From: Pelomyxa schiedti
Lineage: Eukaryota; Protista; Evosea
Direction of reading: 5' to 3'
NCBI GenBank assembly: GCA_020536535.1
Contig: JAHLWZ010000824.1
Location: forward strand, 38,228 to 102,227
Length of the DNA stretch: 64,000 nt
Under the pieces are notes generated by a model. The model searched no databases. It had not been told where the DNA came from and was given only the letters and a program-made list of their open reading frames with translations. Made by a program: the position numbers and the translations under genes. Below, piece after piece: positions 24,647 to 36,665 of the stretch. Numbering within the stretch: the first letter of the stretch is position 1; each line of letters begins with the position of its first letter.

Positions 24647-27014
24647 ATGAGCCGGAGTGTGGACGTTCCCGTTTGCACGCTCAAAGAAATCCCGCGTTGG
24701 ATTGTGGCCAACAAGCCCGTCACTTTTTCACTCCAAGTACTGCTGCGTTGTTGCCTATCAATCATTTTGTTCTAAACCAGCCATCTCCCACAAGTTGAGA
24801 GATTCCGCCGGCGAGCCTGTCTACGTGGACACCGGCACTCTCAGCGACTCCGCCGCCCCCGTGGCCAACGCAATCCGCTGGCGCATCCAAGTTGGACTCG
24901 GCCCCGACGAAGCGGCGTACCAGCTCGAATCTGGCCAGAATCCAAACGCCAATAGATCAAAGCCCAGTCCTTTGAAAGTCAGATGTGAATGGATTGGGAA
25001 TGGCGGCAAAACCAACACGATGAGGCTGCAGTTGCAGCACAACAGCCACGTCACTAGAGTAGTGAGAGTGTCAATTCAGGGATGTGTGGAATCGAGCATG
25101 TTCAATCGTTGGCATAATATCCGGGGTTCTCCTTTTACGGTAACTTTGATTCAAAGGCAGTCTTTGGTGAGCTCTTGTGGATGGCACCACGTTGCACAAA
25201 ATGGTACGTGACTAATATCTGCCATAACTGGGTGTAGATAGAAATACATTTATGAATTGTTATTATTTAGAAACCTGAACCTAATTCACATTTATATGGG
25301 ATACTACTGACTTCGTAGAAAGTGTGTATGGAATCCATGTAATTTTATTTGGGCAGACTTTGGGGAACTAATAGCATGGGGGAGCAATGCACATGCGCAA
25401 CTTGGCTTGGGCGATTGCCGTGACAGGCGCACCCCGGCGGTGATTCCATCCTTGAGCAAAATGAATGTAACTTCCCTCAGCTGTGGCTATGAACACACCG
25501 TGGCAGTCTTGGGTATGTTGGCAACACCCGCTATTTTGGCTCATACCTTCCTTTCAAGACACTGGTTGCATTTTTTCTTGGGGATCCAACCTTAGTGGTC
25601 AGTTGGGAGTTGGTGCACACACTAAGAGGGAGCAAGTCCCCACAGAGATTACTGATTTAAAACCTAAGCATATTGTCAGTGCTTCCTGTGGCGCATATCA
25701 CACTGTTGCATTATCAGGTACTAACACATCATGGCCAATCCCCTTTTTTTCCCACTTGATTTACAGAGTCCGGGGATGTGTTTACCTGGGGTATAAACGA
25801 TCGAGGACAGTTGGGAGAGGAGGATACCAGCCCTATTTTTTGCACTCCACGGGAGGTTGAACACCTTCATGGAAAAAGCACTATTTCGGTAACATGTGGG
25901 CTTCATCACACAATTGCCCTTCTAGGTTTCTAAAATTTCTACCCATAATTTTGCCCACAAATTCCAAAAGATGGTAATTTGGTATTTTCCTGGGGTGCAA
26001 ATGAAAATGCGCAACTTGGACTGGGCTTCCGATCTATCAGTGCTTTACCAACAGAAATAAGCAATCTCAGAGGCAAGAATATTACAATGACATCTTGCGG
26101 TGAAAGTTACTCCATGGCTCTTCTTGGTTATTCTCCTTTACTATTTGAATGTCACAAATACCTTAATAGACACTGGAAAACTTCTTGTGTGGGGAGTAGA
26201 CCCGTGTAAGACTCCACCTACTCTCAGGTTATTACCAGTGGAATTCGTCAGTGGGCTTGGAAGAGTTGATTCTGTATCAAGTGGTTCCAATCACGCAGTA
26301 CTTGTCTCCGGTTATTTGCCACTACTGCACGATAAATACTCATATCCATCTCAAGGTGGCCTTCTTTTCACCACTGGGTTAAATGATTGGGGTCAAAGAG
26401 GAAGCGGGAACACAAAGCCGATGCCAACAATACACCAGGTTCAACATGTTCCCAAAGGGTGCCTTGCGGCTTGTTGTGGTTACGCAAGCACAATTGCCAT
26501 ATTTGGTACCATGCCCTTACATGCCAAATTTCACACACGCCAGAGTCTGGAGAAGCGTACTCATGGGGAAATAACAGTTGCGGTCAATTATCGCTGGGTA
26601 AAGCCACCAGTATAGAGGCCCCGCAACCAATCAGTATCCTAAATGGTAATTCCCTTTTTTTAATCGAGTGGTTCTGAAAATGCAGCTCACAAAACACAGG
26701 ACAACTGGACGGGCACATGAGAAACCAAGTAATACTGCTGTTGGTGTGTCCTTTACCCCCTGATATCCGACTCACAACCAATCCCCACAAACACAAGCTT
26801 ATTGAATGGAGGCGGCACGGGTCGATTCTCAGCCCACTGCCCCCAGGAATCCTGCAATCAATACTGGAGTTGATCTGGCTCCCACTCCCTGTCATCAAAC
26901 ACCATTCCACCTGATTTCGTGGAGGTACGTTCTGGCAGGAAAAAACCTGTTGTACCTTCAAAAGTTTCAAAAACCAAGGTTCCACAGCACCGTATGACTG
27001 TGTATTCAAGATAA
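24647..27014 (+). CDS. RCC1-repeat protein with an N-terminal filamin/Ig-like domain
   Basis: Repeated WGxNxxGQLG and SCGxxHT motifs; HNIRGSPFTV filamin-type motif; 3' end approximate. Confidence 0.85.
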
Positions 27015-27134
27015 AGGACACAGAAGGAAAACAGCTGCACTTAACAAAACAAACTCAGCACAACCAAGGAAACAAAACACCAATTCTTAACACAAGAAGG
27101 AGTGACATCGGAAACAAGCACCAAACAAGGGAGA

Positions 27135-27374
27135 ATGGAACAACAGCACTACGACGTTGCTGAAACCAACACGAAAGATGTGCCTCCCAATCTCAATTTC
27201 GATCCCGGACGCAACATCGCCGATGACGTCATCGTGACGCAAGCAGGCCGGGAGGCAGAGCCTACCGCTGAGGGGGCTACGGTGCCAAACGAAGAGACTG
27301 GAGGCGACCGACTGGGCCCGGAGATGACTCGCAATGTGCTTGGGGGAATGCGCAACTGGCGCGAGGGCGACTGA
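27135..27374 (+). CDS. Small acidic hypothetical protein (79 aa, single exon)
   Basis: ATG after an A/C-rich leader; GC-richer than its flanks; MEQQHYDVAE...NWREGD-stop. Confidence 0.45.
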   Translation: MEQQHYDVAETNTKDVPPNLNFDPGRNIADDVIVTQAGREAEPTAEGATVPNEETGGDRLGPEMTRNVLGGMRNWREGD

Positions 27375-27571
27375 CGTCACAACAGCAATTGATTCTTCTA
27401 CGAGAGACCCTGAACCCACCTACATCGTCTCTCGTGCTGGTGACTCCAACAACGTCCCTTCAACCGTCGTCGTTGTGCGATTTGTAGATAAGAAGATTCA
27501 GAGATTGATGAAAAACTTTTGTTTCCTGCCGTTTCGTTCACAAACACAAAAAAAAATAAAACCCAAGTCTC

Positions 27572-29779
27572 ATGGGCTGGTCCAACATCGTTGTTGTTGC
27601 CGTTGTGAGTGTGATTGCGACCCAACTTGGTAGTTGTGAGGACTACCGCCCAGCTCCTATTTTGAGGACTTTCACCAGCACCGCAATTGAACAAGTCATT
27701 CTTGATGTAGGAATAAATGTCACGTGCACCAAAATCCTAATTGCCCTTTTCCCCCTTTTTTCTCAGGTTACTAGCAATATAGAGGATCCAGTGATTGCCA
27801 CTCTGTTCACTGGTATTTTATTGCTTCCTTTTTTTCTCCTCATGTCTTTTTGTTTTTAGATTGCTTTCCAAATACCCTTGATACAACAGTTCAGCACCAT
27901 GGTTCACCCTCTCTCTTTCTTTTTCCTCCACTACTTACAGTTGTGAAATCAAAGACTCCTCTGATACCTTCATTATAACTGGTGCCTCCCCCTCTGCAAA
28001 CAAACTTACCCTAATGTGCTTTAGGGGATATTGATGCCATGTGGCTGAGGGACTCCACAGGCCAAGTTACTCCATACATGGAAGTAAGCCTTGTCCTGCC
28101 AAAAATACTCTCTAGTGACTGCAAACATTAGTATGCCTCTCTGGACTCTGCACTGCAAGTTATGCTTGCTGGAGTCGTTAGGCGCCAGGTTTGTAAAATG
28201 CTGGCCTTTCCTTTTCCACTCAGTATAGATATTTTTCAGAGTAAAAGTGTGGCTATTGACGTTTATGCCAATTCATTCAACTATAATGATAATGGAAATG
28301 GTCACCAAGACGACATAAGAACTCCAGCAATGACAGGATCTGTGTTTGAGGGGAAGGTCGGTAGTTTCTTTCTGTTTCCGCTATGCAAACAATAAGTAGT
28401 ATGAGTTGGACTCTCTGGCAAATGTGATGCACTTATCGTATGAATAACTCTGGGTTCAAATACCTGTTGAATTAAAGTTAGTTATTTGTACTGGAAGTAC
28501 ACCAACGATACATCCATTTTTGATTCTGACTGGCAAGCATCAATGGATCTGATTGTCCAAGTACCACTTCTCTACTCTCTGTAGAATACCAAGTTCTTCA
28601 AAAAGACTATTAGGTACCAGCAAATAAGTACTTTGGATGAACTCGGTGAAGAGCAGTACCTATTCCAACGAGAAACAACAGCACCAACTGACTCCTTGAT
28701 GCTTAGTGGCCGTGCTGCTCCAGCAAACAAGTCTAGAAATATCATTTTTTTTTTCTCATGCAACTAACGACAAATCAAGGTGTGGCCTGAGTCGTAGCCA
28801 CTTCCGCCCGTCAGACGATTCCACAACACTCCCATATCTGATTCCGTCCAATGCATATGCTGTGGTTGCACTGCGTGAACTTGCTGACATTCTCCGGACT
28901 GGTCTTTCAAATAATGACAAAGCCGATGATGCTGTATAGTTAGATGCCCTGCATATCCTTTATTAAACATTTCCCAGGAATCTCTTGCACAAGAGATTTA
29001 CGATGCCATTTATTCCTTTGGGCTTATTGATACACCTGATGGCACTATATTTGCATATGAGGGTATCACGTAATGAGTCAAGCCTGATACACATAACACG
29101 TTTAGTCGATGGATTTGGAAGCACGTACTTTATGGATGATGCAAACTGCCCCTCACTTCTAAGTTTACCTTACCTCGGATTCTGCAGTTACGATGACCCA
29201 ATTTACCTCAGAACCAGAGTATATTTCCCCCCTGAATAGAAGTACCCCAATTAAGTTGCTCCAATAGAAAGCAATCCTGAGCAAGAGCAATCCTTACTAC
29301 TTTTCTGGAACAGTTGCTGCTGGGGTTGGAGGACCGCACGTTGGCCTCGGCTATGTACACTCCACCTTCCAGGGAACTCCTCTCGCCTCAAATTAATTAA
29401 CACAAAGATATGGCCAATGTCCCTGATTATGCAAGCACTGACATCAACCGATGCAACAGAAGTATCACAGTGCATCGATGTTCTGAAGGCGGCAGCACTA
29501 CAGGGTTCGCAACTGAATCGCGGACAGGTTCTTCTATCTTCCTCATTCTATTGCTCCCACTCACCAACACACAGGGATATGGATTTATGCACGAATCCTT
29601 CTGGATGGTATGCACTATCATTAAATTACCTTGTATAACAAAAAAAACAGAACGATTCTTCCCGTTTCACCAGGCCATGGTTTGCATGGGCCAATTCACT
29701 CTTTGGGGAGCTCATCCTCAGCATTGTTTACAAAACACACCCAATCTACACTTTCTCAAAAGCCTCCCTAAATCTCTAA
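27572..29779 (+). CDS. GH125 exo-alpha-1,6-mannosidase (secreted, many introns)
   Basis: CFPNTLDT, TGDIDAMWLRDS, YELDSL, FRPSDD, MDDANCPSLLSLPYLG, GGPHVG, WPMSLI, MHESF and RPWFAWANSLFGELI. Confidence 0.95.
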
Positions 29780-29782
29780 ATA

Positions 29783-29940
29783 TTGGACGTTTCAGTCAAA
29801 AAACGGCATAATGAATGAAAAATAAAAACAACCAACAAAAAACAAGTTTATCCACTGGGCGCACCCAGTGCATTTCGTTTGATTTTGATGATAGTTTTCG
29901 TTTTTTGTTTGTGTGGCTGGTTTTTGACTGAAACGTCCAA
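29783..29940. mobile_element. MITE copy 2 (158 bp)
   Basis: Same TIRs and TA flanks as copy 1; differs by 2 substitutions and a 1-bp indel; lies right after the GH125 stop codon. Confidence 0.92.
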
Positions 29941-30105
29941 TAGGTGAATGAATTTGTGGATTTCGCTCCCAGCGCGGACGCAAAAACGATTTTCGATCGC
30001 AATGAAAATAGCGGGAGTTCTGCTGGTGAGGCGGTTTTTCGGTTGCGTTGTCGCACGACTTTAAGATAACTGCTAAAAGTAAATTAATTTGATTGAGGAA
30101 TTTGA

Positions 30106-33100
30106 TCAAGAGTCCTTAGTGTCTGGTGTTGTTTGAGTAGTGGGTGTGGGGGCTGGTGTTGGTGTTGCTGATTGAGGAGGTGTTTCTGTTGCGATGCTTG
30201 CTCTCAGGGGTGTTGATGTGGGTTCTTGTTTCCTGTTGAGGGAGAAAAGGTCCATCAGCCAGGAAGAAGTGGAATTCCTGTGGTGTCCTGATGATCCCGG
30301 TGTAGAGGTACCGGGATTGGTTGTTGTTGTTGGTGTTGGTGTTGGTGTTGTTGTTGAGGTGGAATTGGATAAAGTGGCAAGGTTTGGTGGGATGTTGGAT
30401 GTGCTTTGTGATAGGCTTTGCCGGTTGTGTGTTGTTTGTGCTGGGGGTTGGTTTCCGGGAAGAGAGATGTTGGTGGTATTGTGTCTGGAATGCTTTGGCC
30501 CGGGACTAAGGGACTCAGAAGGGGTGATGAAATTGAGTTGTGAGGTTTACCTGTTGAAGGAATATTCTTGTGCCCGAATTTTCTCCAAGTTGCTTGTGGT
30601 TCGTACAAGGTCTCCTGTTTGTATTGTAGTGAGGGCTTCTGTGAGTCTTGCTTTATTTATTTCAGCTTGCTCTAGTGCGGCAGCTTTTTTTTTTGGTTGT
30701 TAGTGTTGACTTGTCGACCACATGAGACATTTGTTACCTTCAAATATTCTGGATTCTCTCTTCAATTTTTCAAGTTCCTCTTTTGCTTCTTCGGCCAGAG
30801 CCCATTTTTCAGCTGGTGACATAGAGTAGATAGTTTCTCTTTTGAATTGGCCTTGAAAGGGTAAAGATAACAAAGGAAGAGAGGAAAAAAGGAATACAAG
30901 AGGCAGGGCGTCCATCTATCGTTTTCGCTCTTATATTAGCATATTGCTGCTCGAGAATTAAGGATGCTTGTTCTGCTTTGGCTCTGGCAATTCCAGTGGT
31001 TTTTTCTTTTTAAAAATTATATGTCTAGCCTAACCTCAGTTTTTGATACCGTCTAGTGATTTTTGCTGCTCCTGGAATTTCGCGACAGCAGAACTCAAAT
31101 CTGAAAACCATGCATCCTTTTCTTGTTGGGTGTTGGCACAAAGGGTTAATTTGTGGCGCCTTGTAGAAACGGTGAACCCAAAGGGCATTGCTGAAAAATA
31201 TCAGAGACACAATATTAAGAGAGTAGTACGTTGATCAGCCACTTCTGACACGGCAGCGTCTTTCATTGAAAGAGCTAAATGTAACTGATACTTGAATTTT
31301 TTGAAGAACGAGCTGTCGTACTAGAGAAAGTTAAAGAAAAAAAATAGGTAACAAAGACATACAGCACAGACAACAATAAGATCATTAAAAAGTATGAGAT
31401 ATCGCTTAGTGGTTTTTTTCCCTGAAACTTCTATGAGTTCACCCTCTTTAATGAACTCTCGGGAGGCAGTCACCAGTTGCTTTTTTCTCCCTTCAATAAT
31501 CCAGCAAGTACAAAAAAAAAGATACCAGGTTAATGTCTGCCAGACCACCAATTGAGTTTTGAAAATCGATGATTTTTTGTTGCCGCTCATATTTATGCTG
31601 GCTGTGAAAAATTAGAAAGCGGAAATACAACTGGTGATAATTATCAGACCTTTGGTTGACCCAATCAGCAAGACTTGCTATTTTTTCGACTGCTTTTTTC
31701 AGATCATCGTAGTCAGGGTGATCCTTTGTTCTTAGTTATTTCCAGGAAAAACTCTTATCAGAAAAGAACTTGGTGGAGAGTTTGACTCATTTACCTTTGG
31801 TGTATGTTTCAGGAGATCCTACACTGACTTAGTATGAATGAAAGATTTTAAGGAAATTCACCTGCAGAAGTAGTTTATACCTGGGGATGCGTTGTATTGG
31901 CAGAATTAAATAGCTGTCAATTTCTTTCTCTCTGTGTCTTGCCGGGAATTTCTGTTGTTGCTTCTGTAGTTTCAAAGTTAGTGAATTACACCTATGGAGC
32001 AGTGAACATGATAAAAAGTCCAGAAAGCATGTGAAGAATCGAATTTTTTCAGTGTGCTGCGAGCAACATAAAAATTTTTCACATATTCTAGGAGTGTTCA
32101 GAATCACTTAAGAATTGATACCAAAACAACCAGTGTATACACGGAGATAGTCACTCTGATAACGCTTATTAGAATTGACAAACCACAAAAAGGGCAACCA
32201 TTCTGTTGAAAACATCACCAAGCTTTTGTGTTGTACTCCACTTGGCAATTCGGGATCGCAGTGTGGCAAGTAAACTTTCGTTCACAGTTCGAATGATGGC
32301 CACATCAGAAAATATACTCTTGAGCTCTTCGTCACTTACAATTTTTGATGCTCGCAGGGGCTCCATAATGATCTGTGTGCAAATTAGTGAATGCAATAAG
32401 AAATCCCTTGGAGGACTTACATCAACCATTATCTGAAGCTGTTCAACATAACTTCTGTAGTTGATTTAATTGCATAATATTATGGATTGACTACAAACTC
32501 TTCAGAGGAGAGAATTTCTTTTGCACAAAAGCCGCGGTATTCATGCAGATTCCCTAAGTGGGAGTTCAGTGTTTGTTTGTTTGTGGAGTAAAACTTTGCT
32601 TTCGGTCCACTCGTTCCCGCCAGCCTCGTTGAAGGACACATGCTGCTGCAAGGTTGGTAAGTTTCGATTTGTGAAAAATAAAAAAATAAAGTAAATGGAT
32701 ACCCTTCAATCGCAACAAAGATGCAGTGAGGATGATAGAATGAGGAAAGCTCAACTCAAATAATTTTGCAATCATCACAACTTGGTATGCCTGAGATATC
32801 TCTTCAAAGGTTTTGTAACGCCAACTGGTGCTCTTCCGTCTGGATGATACTGATTGCGTTGCAGTGGTTGCTGCGGGTGTTGACTCTGCTTGTGAGGGCG
32901 TACCCTCAGTGCCGGGCAGAAGTGGGTGTGTTGTAGTGGGGACAGTTTGTAGTGTATCGTCCAACTGGTAGAAGACATCAAAAGTGACACGGGTAGCCAA
33001 GGCAGCCAGGGCTACACCATCTGTCTTGTGCCTCTCCAGTGATAAAGAAATTTGTTCAAAGGGAGCAGGCCCTAAATCACTGTAAGACTTGAAGTTTTCC

Positions 33101-33585
33101 ACCACAAGTAACATGAACAAGGAATTAACTGGAAGTGAGTTTTTCTAAAGCAGGGGAATAGAGCCTGCACATGTCCACATCAGCAGCCATTGACACACAC
33201 CAAGCCACAACAGCCTCCCCTCCCCATGCCCACACATGTTTCACTTTTACTTTTCCCCCACCAGATGCAGCACCACTTGCAGTTGCAGTTGCATTTGCAG
33301 TTGAATTCGAACTCGCAGTTGCAGATGACGTGGCCCCGCCGCCGCCGCCGCCACCACCACCACTACTAGCAACTGCGGCCGACGACGTGGTCGTCGTCTT
33401 GGATGACAGCTCCCCTGTTGCCGTCAAGGGAGTGAGTGCTACAGAGGCGCGGTTGCGTGAGGGAGTCGGGGGAGGGGGCCGCTGCGGAGGGGGAGCCGAG
33501 GGGGTCAGCGTGGGCGACGCAGGGGGAGACGGGGCCGGCGAGGTCGGCGGGGTCGGCGACCTCTCGCGGCTGCCCCCCTTGCCCT

Positions 33586-33628
<43 letters not shown>

Positions 33629-33901
33629 TGTGGGGGCGCCTGTTGGCCGTGCCGGTATGCTGGCAATGGAGGTGGACGAAGACGAGGAGGAGGACGAGGG
33701 AGGGGGGCGCGAGGGGGGCGGGGGAGCAGCAGCAGCAGACGAGGTGGGTGATGTGATGGGGGTTGGTGATGGTGTGGGGTTGAGGGCGGACTGGAGCTGG
33801 GAGCGGGGGATCTGGGTGGACTGGGGCCGGGCCTTGTTGGTGGGAACTGGCGGCGGGGGTTTCTTTGGTGCTGGGGTAGAGTGCAGCGCCGGGTCCGCCA
33901 T
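30106..33901 (-). CDS. RhoGEF (DH-PH) protein with a Pro/Ser-rich N-terminus and an IQ-like motif
   Basis: EILSSEE, IFSDV, SYLILPIQRIPRYKLLL, REFIKEGEL..RYLILFNDL and LQRGWR. Confidence 0.9.
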
Positions 33902-34107
33902 CGCTTCGTTTTAAAAACAAAAATTCCGCGAGTTCGTTTCGTGGAACGATCTGGAAAGAGTTCCTTGGACCGACAAGACTCCCTGGATTTCCCTTAGGAT
34001 GGTGCACCGTCCTCACATATGTAGGGCATCAGTGCTGTGACCAAACAAGCACTCCTACTGATCAAATGATGGGACCATTTTTCGAGAACACCGAAACTGC
34101 TTAATCA

Positions 34108-35819
34108 ATGTCGTGTGCACTCAGTGCTGTTGTGCGTGTTGTTCTGGCGTCGGACTTGAAGGAATGCACCAAGACAAGGGAGGGCGAAACTAAGTTGGGT
34201 CAGCTGTTCGCGGTCGTGCCGGCGTCGCTTGTGGCCTGCAGCCCCATTGCCGAGGAAGTGCTCCGCAACCGGGGCACGCCGGGGAGCCAGCGCGAGTGCA
34301 CTTGTGGGACGTGCAACTGCGAGCTTGTCGGGCCTGAGGTCCCTGGACTGGGACGTCTCGATCTGGTGGGACTCAGGGCGTGGTTGACGTCTCAATCTGC
34401 CATTAGATTTGTGGTTTTAGGTGTGCCTGAGGACATTGGCCCGAGAGCCAACTTTGGCAGGTTCACTTTTGTTGATTTGATTTGCGGATTATGCTTTCGC
34501 TTTTCTTTTTTTCCCCTACATATGTTCATTTTGTTAGAAACGCTCGTATTAATAAACAGTAGTTAACTTTCACCAAGGGGTGGTGCTAAATCTTCTTGGA
34601 AACCTGCATTGGATAGGTTGGGGTCTAACTCTTTAAATAATAGTGTTGAACACTTTACCTTACTGTGATGAAGTCTGTGCAATGTTCAGAGCAACCAGTT
34701 TCTTTCTGGATCAGAGTTCCTCATTCTGGGTTCCCTCTTTGTCTGTGACCTGCTGAGTCAGGTACCATCTCTCTTGTTTTCTATGCACTTATTGCTTGAC
34801 TTCTTTCTGCAAGGATCACTCCACTGTAGCCAAGATGCGGGAAACTGTTACACAAATAGATGAAAGATTATGGCCTATTATAAGATCCATTGTCGGGGCT
34901 GGTAAGATACCAGTAGTTATCGGTGGCGGGCACAACAATGTAAGCATATGATAGTGTCATTATCAACGTAACTTTGTCAGGCTTTCCCAATCATGAAAGG
35001 GAGTGCATTTGGTCTTGCTGACTTGGGTGTAATGTAATCTCTCCTCCCCTTTTTCCCAAGCAGCTTAACACTGTTTCTAGGCAAATGGAGCGTTCAGTGC
35101 TAAACGTGATTAATTTAGATCCACATTCTGATTTCAGAAGGCTGGAAGGCCGCCATAGTGGAAACCCCTTCAGTTATGCCTTTGAAGAGGGCTTTTTGAA
35201 CAAGTACCTACCACCTCACCTTCTCTTGTGTTTTATTAAGTCCACCAGGTATGTTGTACTCGGTCTTCATGAAAACTACAACACACAACATGCACTAAGT
35301 CAATTTTCATCACATCCTGACCGTCTTAAATTTATCACATACGAGGATATATTCGTGAAGGAGGTTTCTCTTACTTCTTTCTTCAAATCTGTGTTACATC
35401 AATCCAACAGCTGACGACTTTCAGGGCGGCGGTGCGGGACTCTATTGATTTCACACAAGGTGCCTGTGGCCTTGAAATTGATGTGGATGCAATTGAGAAT
35501 GTGCCCGCAAGTGCTCGTACATCAAGTGGGCTAGAGCCGCTTCATGTATCTCCCAAAAATAGATGCTTCATGGTACCAATAACATTCCCATTCCCTGGAA
35601 TACATAGGCAAGGCAATTTGCTCATTGTGGAGGTTCAACACTTGCGAAGCTGGTCTACTTGCACATAGCAGAAGCTGCCCCTGTTCTCAGCCATATAAAG
35701 TATTATTTTTCCTCTCAGCACCGTGGTTAATACCAAATAGAGTGGATTACAAGACTGGCAAACTTATCACTTACATAATCACAGACTTTGCAAAAGCTGT
35801 CCTAACAAAAACCAGTTGA
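34108..35819 (+). CDS. hutG: Formimidoylglutamase (arginase/ureohydrolase family)
   Basis: LGVPEDIGPRANFGR, VIGGGHNN, INLDPHSDFR..EGRHSGNPF, GLHENYN, EIDVDAI and HIAEAAP. Confidence 0.85.
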
Positions 35820-36063
35820 GATCCTTTTTTTTGTACAAAACAGATGTGGGTGCTAAAATTTTCGATTTTTTTAAGAGAAGAAAATTTTGGTTATGGTGTG
35901 GTTGTTGTGAGGGAACTGAAGGAGGAACACGAACGCCTTCGAATGGTCTCACCTTCCCGGGCCTCGATCCTCAGTCACCGGCCACCTCTCGATCTCGTGG
36001 AATCGCTTGCTCTTCACGGACTTCTTGGTGTTCCAGAATATTATGTCATACTCAGCCTGCTTG

Positions 36064-36160
36064 CCATCGGCATTCACCTTCCCGGAAATGAGGAGCGCCA
36101 CGGCACGTTGACAACGCGCAGCGTGGCGCTCCTCATTTCACGGAAGGTGAACGCCGATGG
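36064..36160 (-). other. 97-nt near-perfect intergenic hairpin (candidate structured RNA)
   Basis: 39-bp arms ccatcggcattcaccttcccggaaatgaggagcgccacg / cgtggcgctcctcatttcacggaaggtgaacgccgatgg (3 mismatches) plus an inner gcacgttg/caacgcgc stem. Confidence 0.8.
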
Positions 36161-36665
36161 TGGGCCCCCTCTTGCTCAGAGCGACCAAGGAAATCACGTG
36201 CCCTTCTGATAGGACCAGTTCTTCTTGTTGAATTTTCAACAGGGAGGAACAGAGCAGCTCAACGTAAAATTCTGGTTCAGTTGCATAGCGATAAAGGATC
36301 CAGTGGCTGTTTGTCTTGCAGGGGGAGGGGTGGGAAAAAAAATGGGAAAAAAAAAACTAATGCCCTCATTCGCATGGATTTCTAGAACTATCGGACTGAG
36401 CGAGCCACCCACATAAACAATTGCCGGCATTGTGACCGTTACTTGTATTCTTCTGTTGCGTGGAATGCGGGGACAAACAATTGGTTTTTCGGGAGAAGGG
36501 TTGTTATTCAAGTTACTCGATGGTGCTTGTTTAGTAAAACCCAGATAAACAGTACTTGGCAATTGACGAACACAACTTGGGTGGTAACAAGTTGACGCTG
36601 ATGCGCTCAACTTGAGCCGCGACCAACATGCTGTATTTTTTGTTCAAACTACTCACGCAACAAGT

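Noticed and set aside
33586-33628. (GTGCTC)n tandem repeat
   Set aside because: An ordinary coding microsatellite (Thr-Ser run) in the RhoGEF
35844-36610. ORFs of 121-124 aa between hutG and the kinase gene
   Set aside because: No recognisable motifs or consistent exon chain; one merely overlaps the hairpin
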